A stretch of DNA of 64,000 nt from Nemertoderma westbladi (lineage: Eukaryota > Animalia > Xenacoelomorpha). Of the stretch, positions 1-14,734 are shown piece after piece. Both the position numbers and the translations under genes were made by a program. Under the pieces are notes generated by a model, which was given only the letters and a program-made list of their open reading frames with translations, had not been told where the DNA came from and ran no database searches. The stretch's first letter is position 1; every line of letters starts with the position of its first letter. The DNA lies in the NCBI GenBank assembly GCA_032718475.1, contig JAUCBJ010004773.1, positions 1-64,000 on the forward strand, in the 5' to 3' direction.

Positions 1-441
1 GTAACGACTTCGGACGATAAATCGTTGCGGGTCTGGGAGTGGGACATCCCGGTGGACTGGAAGTCCATCGCCGAACCCCACATGCACTCGATGCCCACGG
101 TGAGTCTCAGTCTCGGCGGGAAGTGGCTGGCCGCCCAGTCCATGGACAACCAGATTGTTATATACAACGCGGCCTCCCGTTGTCGACTCAATAAGAAGAA
201 GGTGTTTAAGGGCCATATGGTTGCAGGTTACGCGTGCGGCTTGGGGTTCTCGCCCGATATGTCCTATATAATCAGTGGAGATGCGGACGGGAAGGTGGTT
301 ATCTGGGACTGGAAGTCCACCAAACTAATCAATAGATTTAAGGCTCACGACGATGTCTGTATCCAGGTACTCTGGCATCCACACGAAACATCAAAGGTTA
401 TTAGCGCCGGTTGGGACTCACTTATAAAACTTTGGGATTAA
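1..441 (+). CDS. CDC40: Pre-mRNA splicing factor CDC40/PRP17, C-terminal WD40 repeats (5'-partial)
   Basis: Frame 1 is open from base 1 ([19 protein letters not shown]...HSMP...QSMDNQI...[11 protein letters not shown]...FSPDMSY...[22 protein letters not shown]). This matches the conserved PRP17 C-terminus. No intron in this stretch. Confidence 0.95.
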   Translation, partial: VTTSDDKSLRVWEWDIPVDWKSIAEPHMHSMPTVSLSLGGKWLAAQSMDNQIVIYNAASRCRLNKKKVFKGHMVAGYACGLGFSPDMSYIISGDADGKVVIWDWKSTKLINRFKAHDDVCIQVLWHPHETSKVISAGWDSLIKLWD

Positions 442-683
442 TTTATTATTTACCATGGAAATTGTTATATTATTGCGAATTTACTAGTCCAATGAGTTTC
501 TATGTTATAATAAATAATATTTATATTATAATTTAATTTAATTTTTATATTTTATCGTTAAATTAGCGACCAAATGAAACCGAATATTCGGTGCTGGGTT
601 CTCATCATACCGCACCGCAGTATGGGCGAACCAATCATTATGAATAAAGCTAATTATTTATCTCTAAATTAATTTATTTATCT

Positions 684-3600
684 CCATAGGGGGTAACCCA
701 TAGGGGGTAACCCATAGGGGGTAACCCATAGGGGGTAACCATAGGAGGTAACCCATAGGAGGTAACCCATAGGGGGTAACCCATAGGAGGTAACCATAGG
801 AGGTAACCCATAGGGGGTAACCCATAGGGGGTAACCATATGAGGTAACCCATAGGGGGTAACCCATAGGAGGTAATCATAGGAGGTAACCCATAAGGGGT
901 AACCCATAGGGGGTAACCATAGGAGGTAACCCATAGGGGGTAACCATAGGAGGTAACCCATAGGAGGTAACCATAGGGGGTAACCATAGGAGGTAACCCA
1001 TAGGGGGTAACCCATAGGAGGTAACCCATAGGGGGTAACCATAGGAGGTAACCCATAGGGGGTAACCATAGGAGGTAACCATAGGAGGTAACCATAGGAG
1101 GTAACCCATATGAGGTAAACATAGGAGGTAACCCATAGGGGGTAACCCATAGGGGGTAACCATAGGAGGTAACCATAGGAGGTAACCCATAGGGGGTAAC
1201 CCATATGGGGTAACCATAGGAGATACACAATAGGGGGTAACCATAGGAGGTAACCCATTGGAGGTAACCATAGGAGGTAAACCATAGGGGGTAACCATAG
1301 GAGGTAACCATAGGAGGTAACCCATAGGGGGTAACCCATATGGGGTAACCATAGGAGATACACAATAGGGGGTAACCATAGGAGGTAACCCATTGGAGGT
1401 AACCCATTGGAGGTAACCATATGAGGTAAACATAGGAGGTAACCCATAGGGGGTAACCCATAGGGGGTAACCATAGGAGGTAATCATAGGAGGTAACCCA
1501 TAAGGGGTAACCCATAGGGGGTAACCATAGGAGGTAACCCATAGTGGGTAACCAATAGGGGGTAACCATAGGAGGTAACCATAGGAGGTAACCCATAGGG
1601 TGTAACCCATAGGAGGTAACCATAGGAGGTAACCCATAGGAGGTAACCATAGGAGGTAACCCATAGGGGGTAACCATCGGAGGTAACCCAGGGGGTAACC
1701 ATAGGAGGTGACCCATAGGCGGTAACCCATAGGAGGTAACCATAGGAGGTAACCCGTAGGCGGTAACCATAGGAGGTAACCCGTAGGGGGTAACCCATAG
1801 GGGGTAACCATATCAGGTAACCCATAGGGGGTAACCCATAGGGGGTAACCCATAGGAGTTAATCCATAGGGGGTAACCCATAAGAGGTAACCCATAGGAG
1901 GTAACCATACGAGGTAACCCATAGGGGGTAACCATAGGAGGTAACCCATAGGAGGTAACCCATAGGAGGTAACCATAGGAGGTAACCATAGGAGGTAACC
2001 CATAGTGGGTAACCCATAGGTGGTAACCATAGGAGGTAACCCATAGTGGGTAACCCACAGGGGGTAACCATAGGAGGTAACCATAGGAGGTAACCCATAG
2101 GGGGTAACCCATAGGGGGTAACCATATGAGGTAACCCATAGGGGGTAACCATAGGAGGTAATCATAGGAGGTAACCCATAAGGGGTAACCCATAGGGGGT
2201 AACCATAGGAGGTAACCCATAGGGGGTAACCATAGGAGGTAACCCATAGGAGGTAACCATAGGAGGTAACCCATTAGGGGGTAACCCATAGGGGGTAACC
2301 ATATGAGGTAACCCATAGGGGGTAACCCATAGGAGGTAACCCATAGGGGGTAAGCATAGGAGGTAACCCATAGGGGGTAACCATAGGAGGTAACCATAGG
2401 AGGTAACCATAGGAGGTAACCCATATGAGGTAAACATAGGAGGTAACCCATAGGGGGTAACCCATAGGGGGTAACCCATAGGGGGTAACCATAGGAGGTA
2501 ACCATAGGAGGTAACCCATAGGGGGTAACCCATATGGGGTAACCATAGGAGATACACAATAGGGGGTAACCATAGGAGGTAACCCATTGGAGGTAACCAT
2601 AGGAGGTAAACCATAGGGGGTAACCATGGGAGGTAACCCATAGGGGGTAACCATAGGAGGTAACCCATAGGGGGTAACCATCGGAGGTAACCCAGGGGGT
2701 AACCATAGGAGGTGACCCATAGGCGGTAACCCATAGGAGGTAACCATAGGAGGTAACCCGTAGGCGGTAACCATAGGAGGTAACCCATAGGCGGTAACTC
2801 AGGGTAACCCATACGAGTTAATCCATAGGAGGTAACCCATAAGAGGTAACCCTTAGGAGGTAACCATAGGAGGTAACCCATAGGGGGTAACCATAGGATA
2901 TAACACAGGGGGTAACCATAGGAGTTAACCCATAGGAGGTAACCCAGGGTAACCCATAGGAGGTAACCAAAGGAGGTAACCATAGGAGATAACCCATAGG
3001 CGGTAACTCAGGGTAACCCATAGGAGGTAACCCATAAGAGATAACCCATAGGAGGTAACCATAGGTGGTAACCCATAGGGGGTAACGATAGGAGTTAACC
3101 CATAGGAGGTAACCCATAGGGGGTAACCCATAGGGGGTTACCATACGAGGTAACCCGTAGGGGGTAACCCATAGGGGGTACCCATAGGAGGTAACCCAGG
3201 GGGTAACCATAGGAGGTAACCCAGGGGGTAACCATAGGAGGTAACCCAGGGGATAACCCATAGGAGGTAACCCATAGGAGGTAACCATAGGAGGTAACCC
3301 ATAGGGGGTAACCATAGGAGGTAACACATAGGGGGTAACCATAGGAGGTAACCCATAGGGGGTAACCATAGGGGGTAACCCATAGGAGGTAACCCATAGG
3401 GGGTAACCCATAGGAGGTAACCATATGAGGTAACCCATAGGGGGTAACCATAGGAGGTAACCCAGGGGGTAACCCATAGGAGGTAACCATAGCAGGTAAC
3501 CAGGAGGTAACCATAGGAGGTAACCCATAGGGGGTAATCCATAGGAGGTAACGCAGGAGGTAGCCCATAGGGGGTAATCCATAGGAGGTAACCATAGGAA

Positions 3601-3694
3601 GTAACCATATGAGGTAACCCTGCATAGGGGGTAACCCATAGGCGGTAACCCAGGGTAACCCATAGGAGTTAACCCATAGGAGCATAACCCATAG
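684..3694. repeat. ~3-kb satellite of 12-13-bp units, CC(C)ATAGG(A/G)GGTAA
   Basis: Hundreds of tandem GGTAACC(C)ATAGG(A/G) units. A diagnostic variant (ataggagatacacaatag) recurs near 1217, 1351 and 2546. Confidence 0.97.
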
Positions 3695-3697
3695 CAT

Positions 3698-6600
3698 TCT
3701 CTAATGCCTTTATTATTGCTGCTACTTACCACCTGTCAGCCTGTATTTCTACAATGCCCCGCTACTTTATATTAGAAGTCTCTAATGCCTTTATTATTGC
3801 TGCTACCTACCACCTGTCAGCCTGTACATCTACAATTAATGTCCCGCTACTCGATATTGGAAGTCTCTAATGCCTTTATTATTGCTGCTACCTACCACCT
3901 GTCAGCCTGTACTTCTACTATGTCCCGCTACTCGATATTGGAAGTCTCTAATGCCTTTATTATTGCTGCTACCTACCACCTGTCAGCCTGTACTTCTACA
4001 ATGTCCCGCTACTCGATATTAGAAGTCTCTAATGCCTTTATTATTGCTGCTTCCTACCACCTGTCAGCCTGTACATCTACAATTAATGTCCCGCTACTCG
4101 ATATTGGAAGTCTCTAATGCCATTATTATTGCTGCTACCTACCACCTGTCAGCCTGTACTTCTACAATGTCCCGCTACTCGATATTATAAGGATCTAATT
4201 CCTTTATTATAGCTGCTACTTACCACCTGTCAGCCTGTACATCTACAATTAATGTCCCGCTACTCGATATTGGAAGTCTCTAATGCCTTTATTATTGCTG
4301 CTACCTACCACCTGTCAGCCTGTATTTCTACAATGTCCCGCTACTTGAAATTAGAAGTCTCTAATTCCTTTATTATTGCTGCTATCTACCACCTGTCAGC
4401 ATGTACTACTACAATGTCCCGCTACTCGATATTGGAAGTCTCTAATGCCTTTATTATTGCTGCTACCTACCACCTGTCAGCCAGTATTTCTACAATGCCC
4501 CGCTACTTGATATTAGAAGTCTCTAATGCCTTTATTATTGCTGCTACCTACCACCTGTCAGCATGTACTTCTACAATGTCCCGCTACTCGATATTAGAAG
4601 TCTCTAATGCCTTTATTATTGCTGCTACCTACCACCTCTCAGCCTGTACTTCTACAATGTCCCGCTACTCGATATTAGAAGTCTCTAATTCCTTTATTAT
4701 TGCTGCTACCTACCACCTCTCAGCCTGTACTTCTACTATGTCCTGCTACTCGATATTAGAAGTCTCTAATGCCTTTATTATTGCTGCTACTTAGCACCTG
4801 TCAGCCTGTACTTCTACAATGTCCCCCTACTCAATATTAGAAGTCTCTAATGCCTTTATTATTGCTGCTACCTAACACCTGTCAGCCTGTACTTCTACAA
4901 TGTCCTGCTACTCGATATTAGAAGTCTCTAATGGCTTTATTATTGCTGCTACCTAACACCTGTCAGCCTGTACTTCTACTATGTCCCGCTACTCGATATT
5001 AGAAGTCTCTAATTCCTTTATTATTGCTGCTTCCTACCACCTGTCAGCCTGTACTTCTACAATGTCCCGCTACTTGATATTAGAAGTCTCTAATTCCTTT
5101 ATTATTGCTGCTTCCTACCACCTGTCATCCTGTACTTCTACAATGTCCCGCTACTCGATATTAGATGTCTCTAATGCCTTTATTATTGCTGCTACTTAGC
5201 ACCTGTCAGCCTGTACTTCTACTATGTCCCGCTACTCGATATTAGAAGTCTCTAATTCCTTTATTATTGCTGCTTCCTACCACCTGTCAGCCTGTACTTC
5301 TACAATGTCCCGCTACTTGATATTAGAAGTCTCTAATTCCTTTATTATTGCTGCTTCCTACCACCTGTCAGCCTGTACTTCTACAATGTCCCGCTACTCG
5401 ATATTAGAAGTCTCTAATTCCTTTATTATTGCTGCTTCCTACCACCTGTCAGCCTGTACTTCTACAATGTCCCGCTACTTGATATTAGAAGTCTCTAATT
5501 CCTTTATTATTGCTGCTTCCTACCACCTGTCAGCCTGTACTTCTACAATGTCCCGCTACTCGATATTAGATGTCTCTAATGCCTTTATTATTACTGCTTC
5601 CTACCACCTGTCAGCCTGTATTTCTACTATGTCCCGCTAGTCGATATTGGAAGTCTCTAATGCCTTTATTATTGCTGCTACCTACTACCTGTCAGCCTGT
5701 ATTTCTACAAAGCCCAGCTACTTGATATTAGAAGTCTCTAATGCCGTTATTATTGCTGCTACCACCTGCCAGCCTGTACTTCTTCAATGTCCCGCTACTT
5801 GATATTAGAAAGTCTCTAATGCCTTTATTATTGCTGCTACCTACCACCTGTCAGCCTGTATTTCTACAAAGCCCAGCTACTTGATATTAGAAGTCTCTAA
5901 TGCCGTTATTATTGCTGCTACCACCTGCCAGCCTGTACTTCTTCAATGTCCCGCTACTTGATATTAGAAAGTCTCTAATGCCTTTATTATTGCTGCTACC
6001 TACCACCTGTCAGCATGTACTTCTACAATGTCCCGCTACTCGATATTAGAAGTCTCTAATACTTTATTATTGCTGCTTCCTACCACCTGTCAGCCTGTAC
6101 TTCTACTATGTCCCGCTGCTCGATATTAGAAGTCTCTAATGCCTTTATTATTGCTGCTACTTACCACCTGTCAGCCTGTACTTCTACAATGTCCCGCTAC
6201 TCGATATTGGAAATCTATAATGCCTTTATTATTGCTGCTACCTAACACCTGTCAGCCTGTATTTCTACAATGTCCCGCTACTTGAAATTAGAAGTCTCTA
6301 ATTCCTTTATTATTGCTGCTACCTACAACCTGTCAGCCTGTACTTCTACAATGTCCCGCTACTTGAAATTAGAAGTCTCTAATGCCTTGAGTATTGCTGC
6401 TACCTAACACCTGTCAACCTGTACTTCTACAATGTTCCGCTACTTGATATTAGAAGTCTCTAATGCCACCTCTCAGCCTGTACGTCTACAATGTCCCGCT
6501 ACTCGATATTGGAAGTCTCTAATGCCTTTATTATTGCTGCTTCCTACCACCTGTCAGCCTGTACATCTACTTAATGTCCCGCTACTCGATATTGGAAGTC

Positions 6601-9600
6601 TCTAATGCCTTTATTATTGCTGCTACCTACCACCTGTCAGCCTGTATTTCTACAATGTCCCGCTACTTGAAATTAGAAGTCTCTAATTCCTTTATTATTG
6701 CTGCTATCTACCACCTGTCAGCCTGTACTTCTACAATGTCCCGCTACTTGATATTAGAAGTCTCTAATGCCACCTCTCAGCCTGTACGTCTACAATGTCC
6801 CGCTACTCGATATTAGATGTCTCTAATGCCTTTATTATTGCTGCTACCTACCACTTGTCAGTATGTACTTCTACAATGTCCCGCTACTCGATATTAGAAG
6901 TCTCTAATGCCTTTATTATTGCTGCTTCCTACCACCTGTCAGCCTGTACTTCTACTATGTCCCGCTACTCGATATTAGAAGTCTCTAATTCCTTTATTAT
7001 TGCTGCTTCCTACCACCTGTCAGCCTGTACTTCTACAATGTCCCGCTACTTGATATTAGAAGTCTCTAATTCCTTTATTATTGCTGCTTCCTACCACCTG
7101 TCAGCCTGTACTTCTACAATGTCCCGCTACTCGATATTAGATGTCTCTAATGCCTTTATTATTACTGCTTCCTACCACCTGTCAGCCTGTACTTCTACTA
7201 TGTCCCGCTAGTCGATATTGGAAGTCTCTAATGCCTTTATTATTGCTGCTACCTACTACCTGTCAGCCTGTATTTCTACAAAGCCCAGCTACTTGATATT
7301 AGAAGTCTCTAATGCCGTTATTATTGCTGCTACCACCTGCCAGCCTGTACTTCTTCAATGTCCCGCTACTTGATATTAGAAAGTCTCTAATGCCTTTATT
7401 ATTGCTGCTACCTACCACCTGTCAGCATGTACTTCTACAATGACCCGCTACTCGATATTAGAAGTCTCTAATACTTTATTATTGCTGCTTCCTACCACCT
7501 GTCAGCCTGTACTTCTACTATGTCCCGCTGCTCGATATTAGAAGTCTCTAATGCCTTTATTATTGCTGCTACTTACCACCTGTCAGCCTGTACTTCTACA
7601 ATGTCCCGCTACTCGATATTGGAAATCTATAATGCCTTTATTATTGCTGCTACCTAACACCTGTCAGCCTGTATTTCTACAATGTCCCGCTACTTGAAAT
7701 TAGAAGTCTCTAATTCCTTTATTATTGCTGCTACCTACAACCTGTCAGCCTGTACTTCTACAATGTCCCGCTACTTGAAATTAGAAGTCTCTAATGCCTT
7801 GAGTATTGCTGCTACCTAACACCTGTCAACCTGTACTTCTACAATGTTCCGCTACTTGATATTAGAAGTCTCTAATGCCACCTCTCAGCCTGTACGTCTA
7901 CAATGTCCCGCTACTCGATATTGGAAGTCTCTAATGCCTTTATTATTGCTGCTACCTACCACCTGCCAGCCTGTATTTCTACAATTCTACAATGTCCCGC
8001 TACTTGAAATTAGAAGTCTCTAATTCCTTTATTATTGCTGCTATCTACCACCTGTCAGCCTGTACTTCTACAATGTCCCGCTACTTGATATTAGAAGTCT
8101 CTAATGCCACCTCTCAGCCTGTACGTCTACAATGTCCCGCTACTCGATATTAGATGTATCTAATGCCTTTATTATTGCTGCTACCTACCACTTGTCAGTA
8201 TGTACTTCTACAATATCCCGCTACTCGATATTATAAGTCTCTAATGCCTTTATTATTGCTGCTTCCTACCACCTGTCAGCCTGTACTTCTACTATGTCCC
8301 GCTACTCGATATTAGAAGTCTCTAATTCCTTTATTATTGCTGCTACCTACCACCTCTCAGCCTGTACGTCTACAATGTCCCGCTACTCGATATTAGAAGT
8401 CTCTAATGCCTTTATTATTGCTGCTACTTACCACCTGTCAGCCTGTATTACTACAATGTCCCGCTACTCGATATTAGAAGTCTCTAATGCCTTTATTATT
8501 GCTGCTACCTAACACCTGTCAGCCTGTACTTCTACAATGTCTCGCTACTTGAAATTAGAAGTCTATAATGCCTTGATTATTGCTGCTACCTACCACCTAT
8601 CAGCCTGTACTTCTACAATGTTCTGCTACTTTATATTAGAAGTCTCTAATGCCTTTATTATTGCTGCTACTTACCACCTGTCAGCCTGTACTTCTACAAT
8701 GCCCCACTACTTGATATTAAAAGTCTCTAATTCCTTTATTATTGCTGCTACCTACCACCTGTCAACCTGTACTTCTACAATGTTCCGCTACTTTATATTA
8801 GAAGTCTCTAATGCCTTTATTATTGCTGCTTCCTACCACCTGTCAGCCTATACTTCTACTATGTCCCGCTACTCGATATTAGAAGTCTCTAATTCCTTTA
8901 TTATTGCTGCTACTTACCACCTGTCAGCCTGTACTTCTACAATGTCCCACTACCTGATATTAACAATCTCTAATGCCTTTATTATTGCTGCTACCTACCA
9001 CCTGTCAGCCTGTACTTCTACAATGTCCCACTACTTGAAATTAACAATCTCTAATGCCTTTATTATTGCTGCTACCTACCACCTGTCAGCCTGTACTTCT
9101 ACAATGTCCCGCTACTCGATATTAGAAGTCTCTAATGCCTTTATTATTGCTGCTTCCTACCACCTGTCAGTCTGTACTTCTACAATGTCCCGCTACTCGA
9201 TATTAGAAGTCTCTAATGCCTTTATTATTGCTGCTACCTACCACCTGTCAGCCTGTACTTCTACAATGTCCCGCTACTTGATATTAGAAGTCTCTAATGC
9301 CTTTATTATTGCTGCTTCCTACCACCTGTCAGCCTGTACTTCTACTATGTCCCGCTACTCGATATTAGAAGTCTCTAATGCCTTTATTATTGCTGCTACC
9401 TACCACCTGTCAGCCTGTACTTCTACAATGTCCCACTACTTGATATTAACAATCTCTAATGCCTTTATTATTGCTGCTACCTACCACCTGTCAGCCTGTA
9501 CTTCTACAATGTCCCACTACTTGAAATTAACAATCTCTAATGCCTTTATTATTGCTGCTACCTACCACCTGTCAGCCTGTACTTCTACAATGTCCCGCTA

Positions 9601-12600
9601 CTTGATATTAACATCTCTAATGCCTTTATTATTGCTGCTCCTACCACCTGCCAGCCTGTACTTCTACAATGTCCCGCTACTTGATATTAGAAGTCTCTAA
9701 TGCCTTTATTATTGCTGCTACCTACCACCTGTCAGCCTGTACTTCTACAATGTCCCGCTACTCGATATTAGAAGTCTCTAATGCCTTTATTATTGCTGCT
9801 ACCTACCACCTCTCAGCCTGTACTTCTACAATGTCCCGCTACTCGATATTAGAAGTCTCTAATGCCTTTATTATTGCTGCTACCTACCACCTGTCAGCCT
9901 GTACTTCTACAATGTCCCGCTACTCGATATTAGAAGTCTCTAATGCCTTTATTATTGCTGCTACCTACCACCTGTCAGCCTGTACTTCTACAATGTCCCG
10001 CTACTCGATATTGGAAGTCTCTAATGCCTTTATTATTGCTGCTACCTACCACCTGTCAGCCTGTACTTCTACAATGTCCCGCTACTTGATATTAGAAGTC
10101 TCTAATGCCTTTATTATTGCTGCTACCTACAACCTGTCAGCCTGTACTTCTACAATGTCCCACTACTTGATATTAGCAATCTCTAATACCTTTATTATTG
10201 CTGCTACCTACCACCTGTCAGCCTGTACTTCTACAATGTCCCGCTACTCGATATTAGAAGTCTCTAATGCCTTTATTATTGCTGCTTCCTACCACCTGTC
10301 AGCCTGTACTTCTACAATGTCCCGCTACTTGATATTAGAAGTCTCTAATGCCTTTATTATTGCTGCTACCTACCACCTGTCAGCCTGTACTTCTACAATG
10401 TCCCGCTACTTGATATTAGAAGTCTCTAATGCCTTTATTATTGCTGCTACCTACCACCTGTCAGCCTGTACTTCTACAATGTCCCGCTACTTGATATTAG
10501 AAGTCTCTAATGCCACCTCTCAGCCTGTACGTCTACAATGTCCCGCTACTCGATATTAGATGTCTCTAATGCCTTTATTATTGCTGCTACCTACCACTTG
10601 TCAGTATGTACTTCTACAATGTCCCGCTACTCGATATTAGAAGTCTCTAATGCCTTTATTATTGCTGCTTCCTACCACCTGTCAGCCTGTACTTCTACTA
10701 TGTCCCGCTACTCGATATTAGAAGTCTCTAATGCCTTTATTATTGCTGCTACTTACCACCTGTCAGCCTGTATTACTGCAATGTCCCGCTACTCGATATT
10801 AGAAGTCTCTAATGCCTTTATTATTGCTGCTACCTAACACCTGCCAGCCTGTACTTCTACAATGTCTCGCTACTTGAAATTAGAAGTCTATAATGCCTTG
10901 ATTATTGCTGCTACCTACCACCTATCAGCCTGTACTTCTACAATGTTCTGCTACTTTATATTAGAAGTCTCTAATGCCTTTATTATTGCTGCTACTTACC
11001 ACCTGTCAGCCTGTACTTCTACAATGCCCCACTACTTGATATTAAAAGTCTCTAATTCCTTTATTATTGCTGCTACCTACCACCTGTCAACCTGTACTTC
11101 TACAATGTTCCGCTACTTTATATTAGAAGTCTCTAATGCCTTTATTATTGCTGCTTCCTACCACCTGTCAGCCTATACTTCTACTATGTCCCGCTACTCG
11201 ATATTAGAAGTCTCTAATTCCTTTATTATTGCTGCTACCTACCACCTGTCAGCCTGTACTTCTACAATGTCCCGCTACTCTGATATTAGAAGTCTCTAAT
11301 GCCTTTATTATTGCTGCTACCTACCACCTGTCAGCCTGTACTTCTACAATGTCCCACTACTTGAAATTAACAATCTCTAATGCCTTTATTATTGCTGCTA
11401 CCTACCACCTGTCAGCCTGTACTTCTACAATGTCCCGCTACTCGATATTAGAAGTCTCTAATGCCTTTATTATTGCTGCTACCTACCACCTGTCAGCCTG
11501 TACTTCTACAATGTCCCGCTACTTGATATTAGAAGTCTCTAATGCCTTTATTATTGCTGCTACCTACCACCTGTCAGCCTGTACTTCTACAATGTCCCGC
11601 TACTCGATATTAGAAGTCTCTAATGCCTTTATTATTGCTGCTTCCTACCACCTGTCAGCCTGTACTTCTACTATGTCCCGCTACTCGATATTAGAAGTCT
11701 CTAATGCCTTTATTATTGCTGCTACCTACCACCTGTCAGCCTGTACTTCTACAATGTCCCGCTACTCGATATTGGAAGTCTCTAATGCCTTTATTATTGC
11801 TGCTACTTACCACCTGTCAGACTGTACTTCTACAATGTCCCACTACCTGATATTAACAATCTCTAATGCCTTTATTATTACTGCTACCTACCACCTGTCA
11901 GCCTGTACTTCTACAATGTCCCACTACTTGAAATTAACAATATCTAATGCCTTTATTATTGCTGCTACCTACCACCTGTCAGCCTGTACTTCTACAATGT
12001 CCCGCTACTCGATATTAGAAGTCTCTAATGCCTTTATTATTGCTGCTACCTACCACCTGTCAGCCTGTACTTCTACAATGCCCCGCTACTTGATATTAGA
12101 AGTCTCTAATGCCTTTATTATTGCTGCTTCCTACCACCTGTCAGCCTGTACTTCTACAATGTCCCGCTACTCGATATTAGAAGTCTCTAATGCCTTTATT
12201 ATTGCTGCTTCCTACCACCTGTCAGCCTGTACTTCTACTATGTCCCGCTACTCGATATTAGAAGTCTCTAATGCCTTTATTATTGCTGCTACCTACCACC
12301 TGTCAGCCTGTACTTCTACAATGTCCCGCTACTCGATATTAGAAGTCTCTAATGCCTTTATTATTGCTGCTACCTACCACCTGTCAGCCTGTACTTCTAC
12401 AATGTCCCGCTACTTGATATTAGAAGTCTCTAATGCCTTTATTATTGCTGCTACCTACCACCTGTCAGCCTGTACTTCTACAATGTCCCGCTACTCGATA
12501 TTAGAAGTCTCTAATGCCTTTATTATTGCTGCTTCCTACCACCTGTCAGCCTGTACTTCTACTATGTCCCGCTACTCGATATTAGAAGTCTCTAATGCCT

Positions 12601-14630
12601 TTATTATTGCTGCTACCTACCACCTGTCAGCCTGTACTTCTACAATGTCCCACTACTTGATATTAACAATCTCTAATGCCTTTATTATTGCTGCTACCTA
12701 CCACCTGTCAGCCTGTACTTCTACAATGTCCCACTACTTGAAATTAACAATCTCTAATGCCTTTATTATTGCTGCTACCTACCACCTGTCAGCCTGTACT
12801 TCTACAATGTCCCGCTACTTGATATTAACATCTCTAATGCCTTTATTAATGCTGCTCTACCACCTGCCAGCCTGTACTTCTACAATGTCCCGCTACTTGA
12901 TATTAGAAGTCTCTAATGCCTTTATTATTGCTGCTACCTACCACTTGTCAGCCTGTACTTCTACAATGTCCCGCTACTCGATATTAGAAGTCTCTAATGC
13001 CTTTATTATTGCTGCTACCTACCACCTCTCAGCCTGTACTTCTACAATGTCCCGCTACTCGATATTAGAAGTCTCTAATGCCTTTATTATTGCTGCTACC
13101 TAACACCTGTCAGCCTGTACTTCTACAATGTCCCGCTACTCGATATTAGAAGTCTCTAATGCCTTTATTATTGCTGCTACCTACCACCTGTCAGCCTGTA
13201 CTACTACAATGTCCCGCTACTCGATATTGGAAGTCTCTAATGCCTTTATTATTGCTGCTTCCTACCACCTGTCAGCCTGTACTTCTACTATGTCCCGCTA
13301 CTCGATATTAGAAGTCTCTAATGCCTTTATTATTGCTGCTTCCTACCACCTGTCAGCCTGTACTTCTACTATGTCCCGCTACTCGATATTAGAAGTCTCT
13401 AATGCCTTTATTATTGCTGCTTCCTACCACCTGTCAGCCTGTACTTCTACTATGTCCCGCTACTCGATATTAACAATCTCTAATGCCTTTATTATTGCTG
13501 CTACCTACCACCTGTCAGCCTGTATTTCTACAATGTCCCGCTACTTGAAATTAGAAGTCTCTAATTCCTTTATTATTGCTGCTACCTACCACCTGTCAGC
13601 CTGTAATTCCACAATGTCCCGCTACTCGATGTTAGAAGTCTCTAATGCCTTGATTATTGCTGCTACATAACACCTGTCAGCCTGTACTTCTACAATGTCC
13701 CACTGCTTGATATTAGAAGTCTCTAATGCCTTTATTATTGCTGCTTCCTACCACCTGTCAGCCTGTACTTCTACAATGTCCCGCTACTCGATATTAGAAG
13801 TCTCTAATGCCTTTATTATTGCTGCTACCTAACACCTGTCAGCCTGTACTACTACAATGTCCCGCTACTCGATATTAGAAGTCTCTAATGCCTTTATTAT
13901 TGCTGCTACCTAACACCTGTCAGCCTGTACTACTACAATGTCCCGCTACTCGATATTGGAAGTCTCTAATGCCTTTATTATTGCTGCTTCCTACCACCTG
14001 TCAGCCTGTACTTCTACTATGTCCCGCTACTCGATATTAGAAGTCTCTAATGCCTTTATTATTGCTGCTTCCTACCACCTGTCAGCCTGTACTTCTACTA
14101 TGTCCCGCTACTCGATATTAGAAGTCTCTAATGCCTTTATTATTGCTGCTTCCTACCACCTGTCAGCCTGTACTTCTACTATGTCCCGCTACTCGATATT
14201 AACAATCTCTAATGCCTTTATTATTGCTGCTACCTACCACCTGTCAGCCTGTATTTCTACAATGTCCCGCTACTTGAAATTAGAAGTCTCTAATTCCTTT
14301 ATTATTGCTGCTACCTACCACCTGTCAGCCTGTAATTCCACAATGTCCCGCTACTCGATGTTAGAAGTCTCTAATGCCTTGATTATTGCTGCTACATAAC
14401 ACCTGTCAGCCTGTACTTCTACAATGTCCCACTGCTTGATATTAGAAGTCTCTAATGCCTTTATTATTGCTGCTTCCTACCACCTGTCAGCCTGTACTTC
14501 TACTATGTCCCGCTACTCGATATTAACAATCTCTAATGCCTTTATTATTGCTGCTACCTACCACCCTGTCAGCCTGTACTTCTACAATGGCGCGCTACTT
14601 GATATTAACATTATCTAATGCCTCTATTAT
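3698..14630. repeat. ~10.9-kb satellite of 81-bp units
   Basis: Unit ATGTCCCGCTACTCGATATTAGAAGTCTCTAATGCCTTTATTATTGCTGCTACCTACCACCTGTCAGCCTGTACTTCTACA repeated roughly 135 times, with shared variants and occasional shortened units. Confidence 0.98.
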
Positions 14631-14635
14631 TTCCA

Positions 14636-14734
14636 TTAGAACCTCCTAATTCAAGCGCTTTCTGATTGGTAGTATATTCAAATATTTTAATCATCCAATC
14701 AGAAACTCGACTGCTTGAAATTAGGATGCTCTAA
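14636..14734. repeat. ~100-bp imperfect palindrome (MITE-like) with two opposed CCAAT boxes
   Basis: ttagaacctcctaattcaagc..ttctgattgg pairs with ccaatcagaa..gcttgaaattaggatgctctaa. Confidence 0.55.

Noticed and set aside
664-3732. Many minus-strand ORFs (GLPPM/VTSYG repeats)
   Set aside because: Translations of a 12-13-bp satellite that switch among all frames; no coding evidence.
3785-14618. ORFs up to 624 aa made of a 27-aa repeat
   Set aside because: A by-product of the 81-bp period. Stops and frameshifts are scattered, and there are no unique flanking exons.
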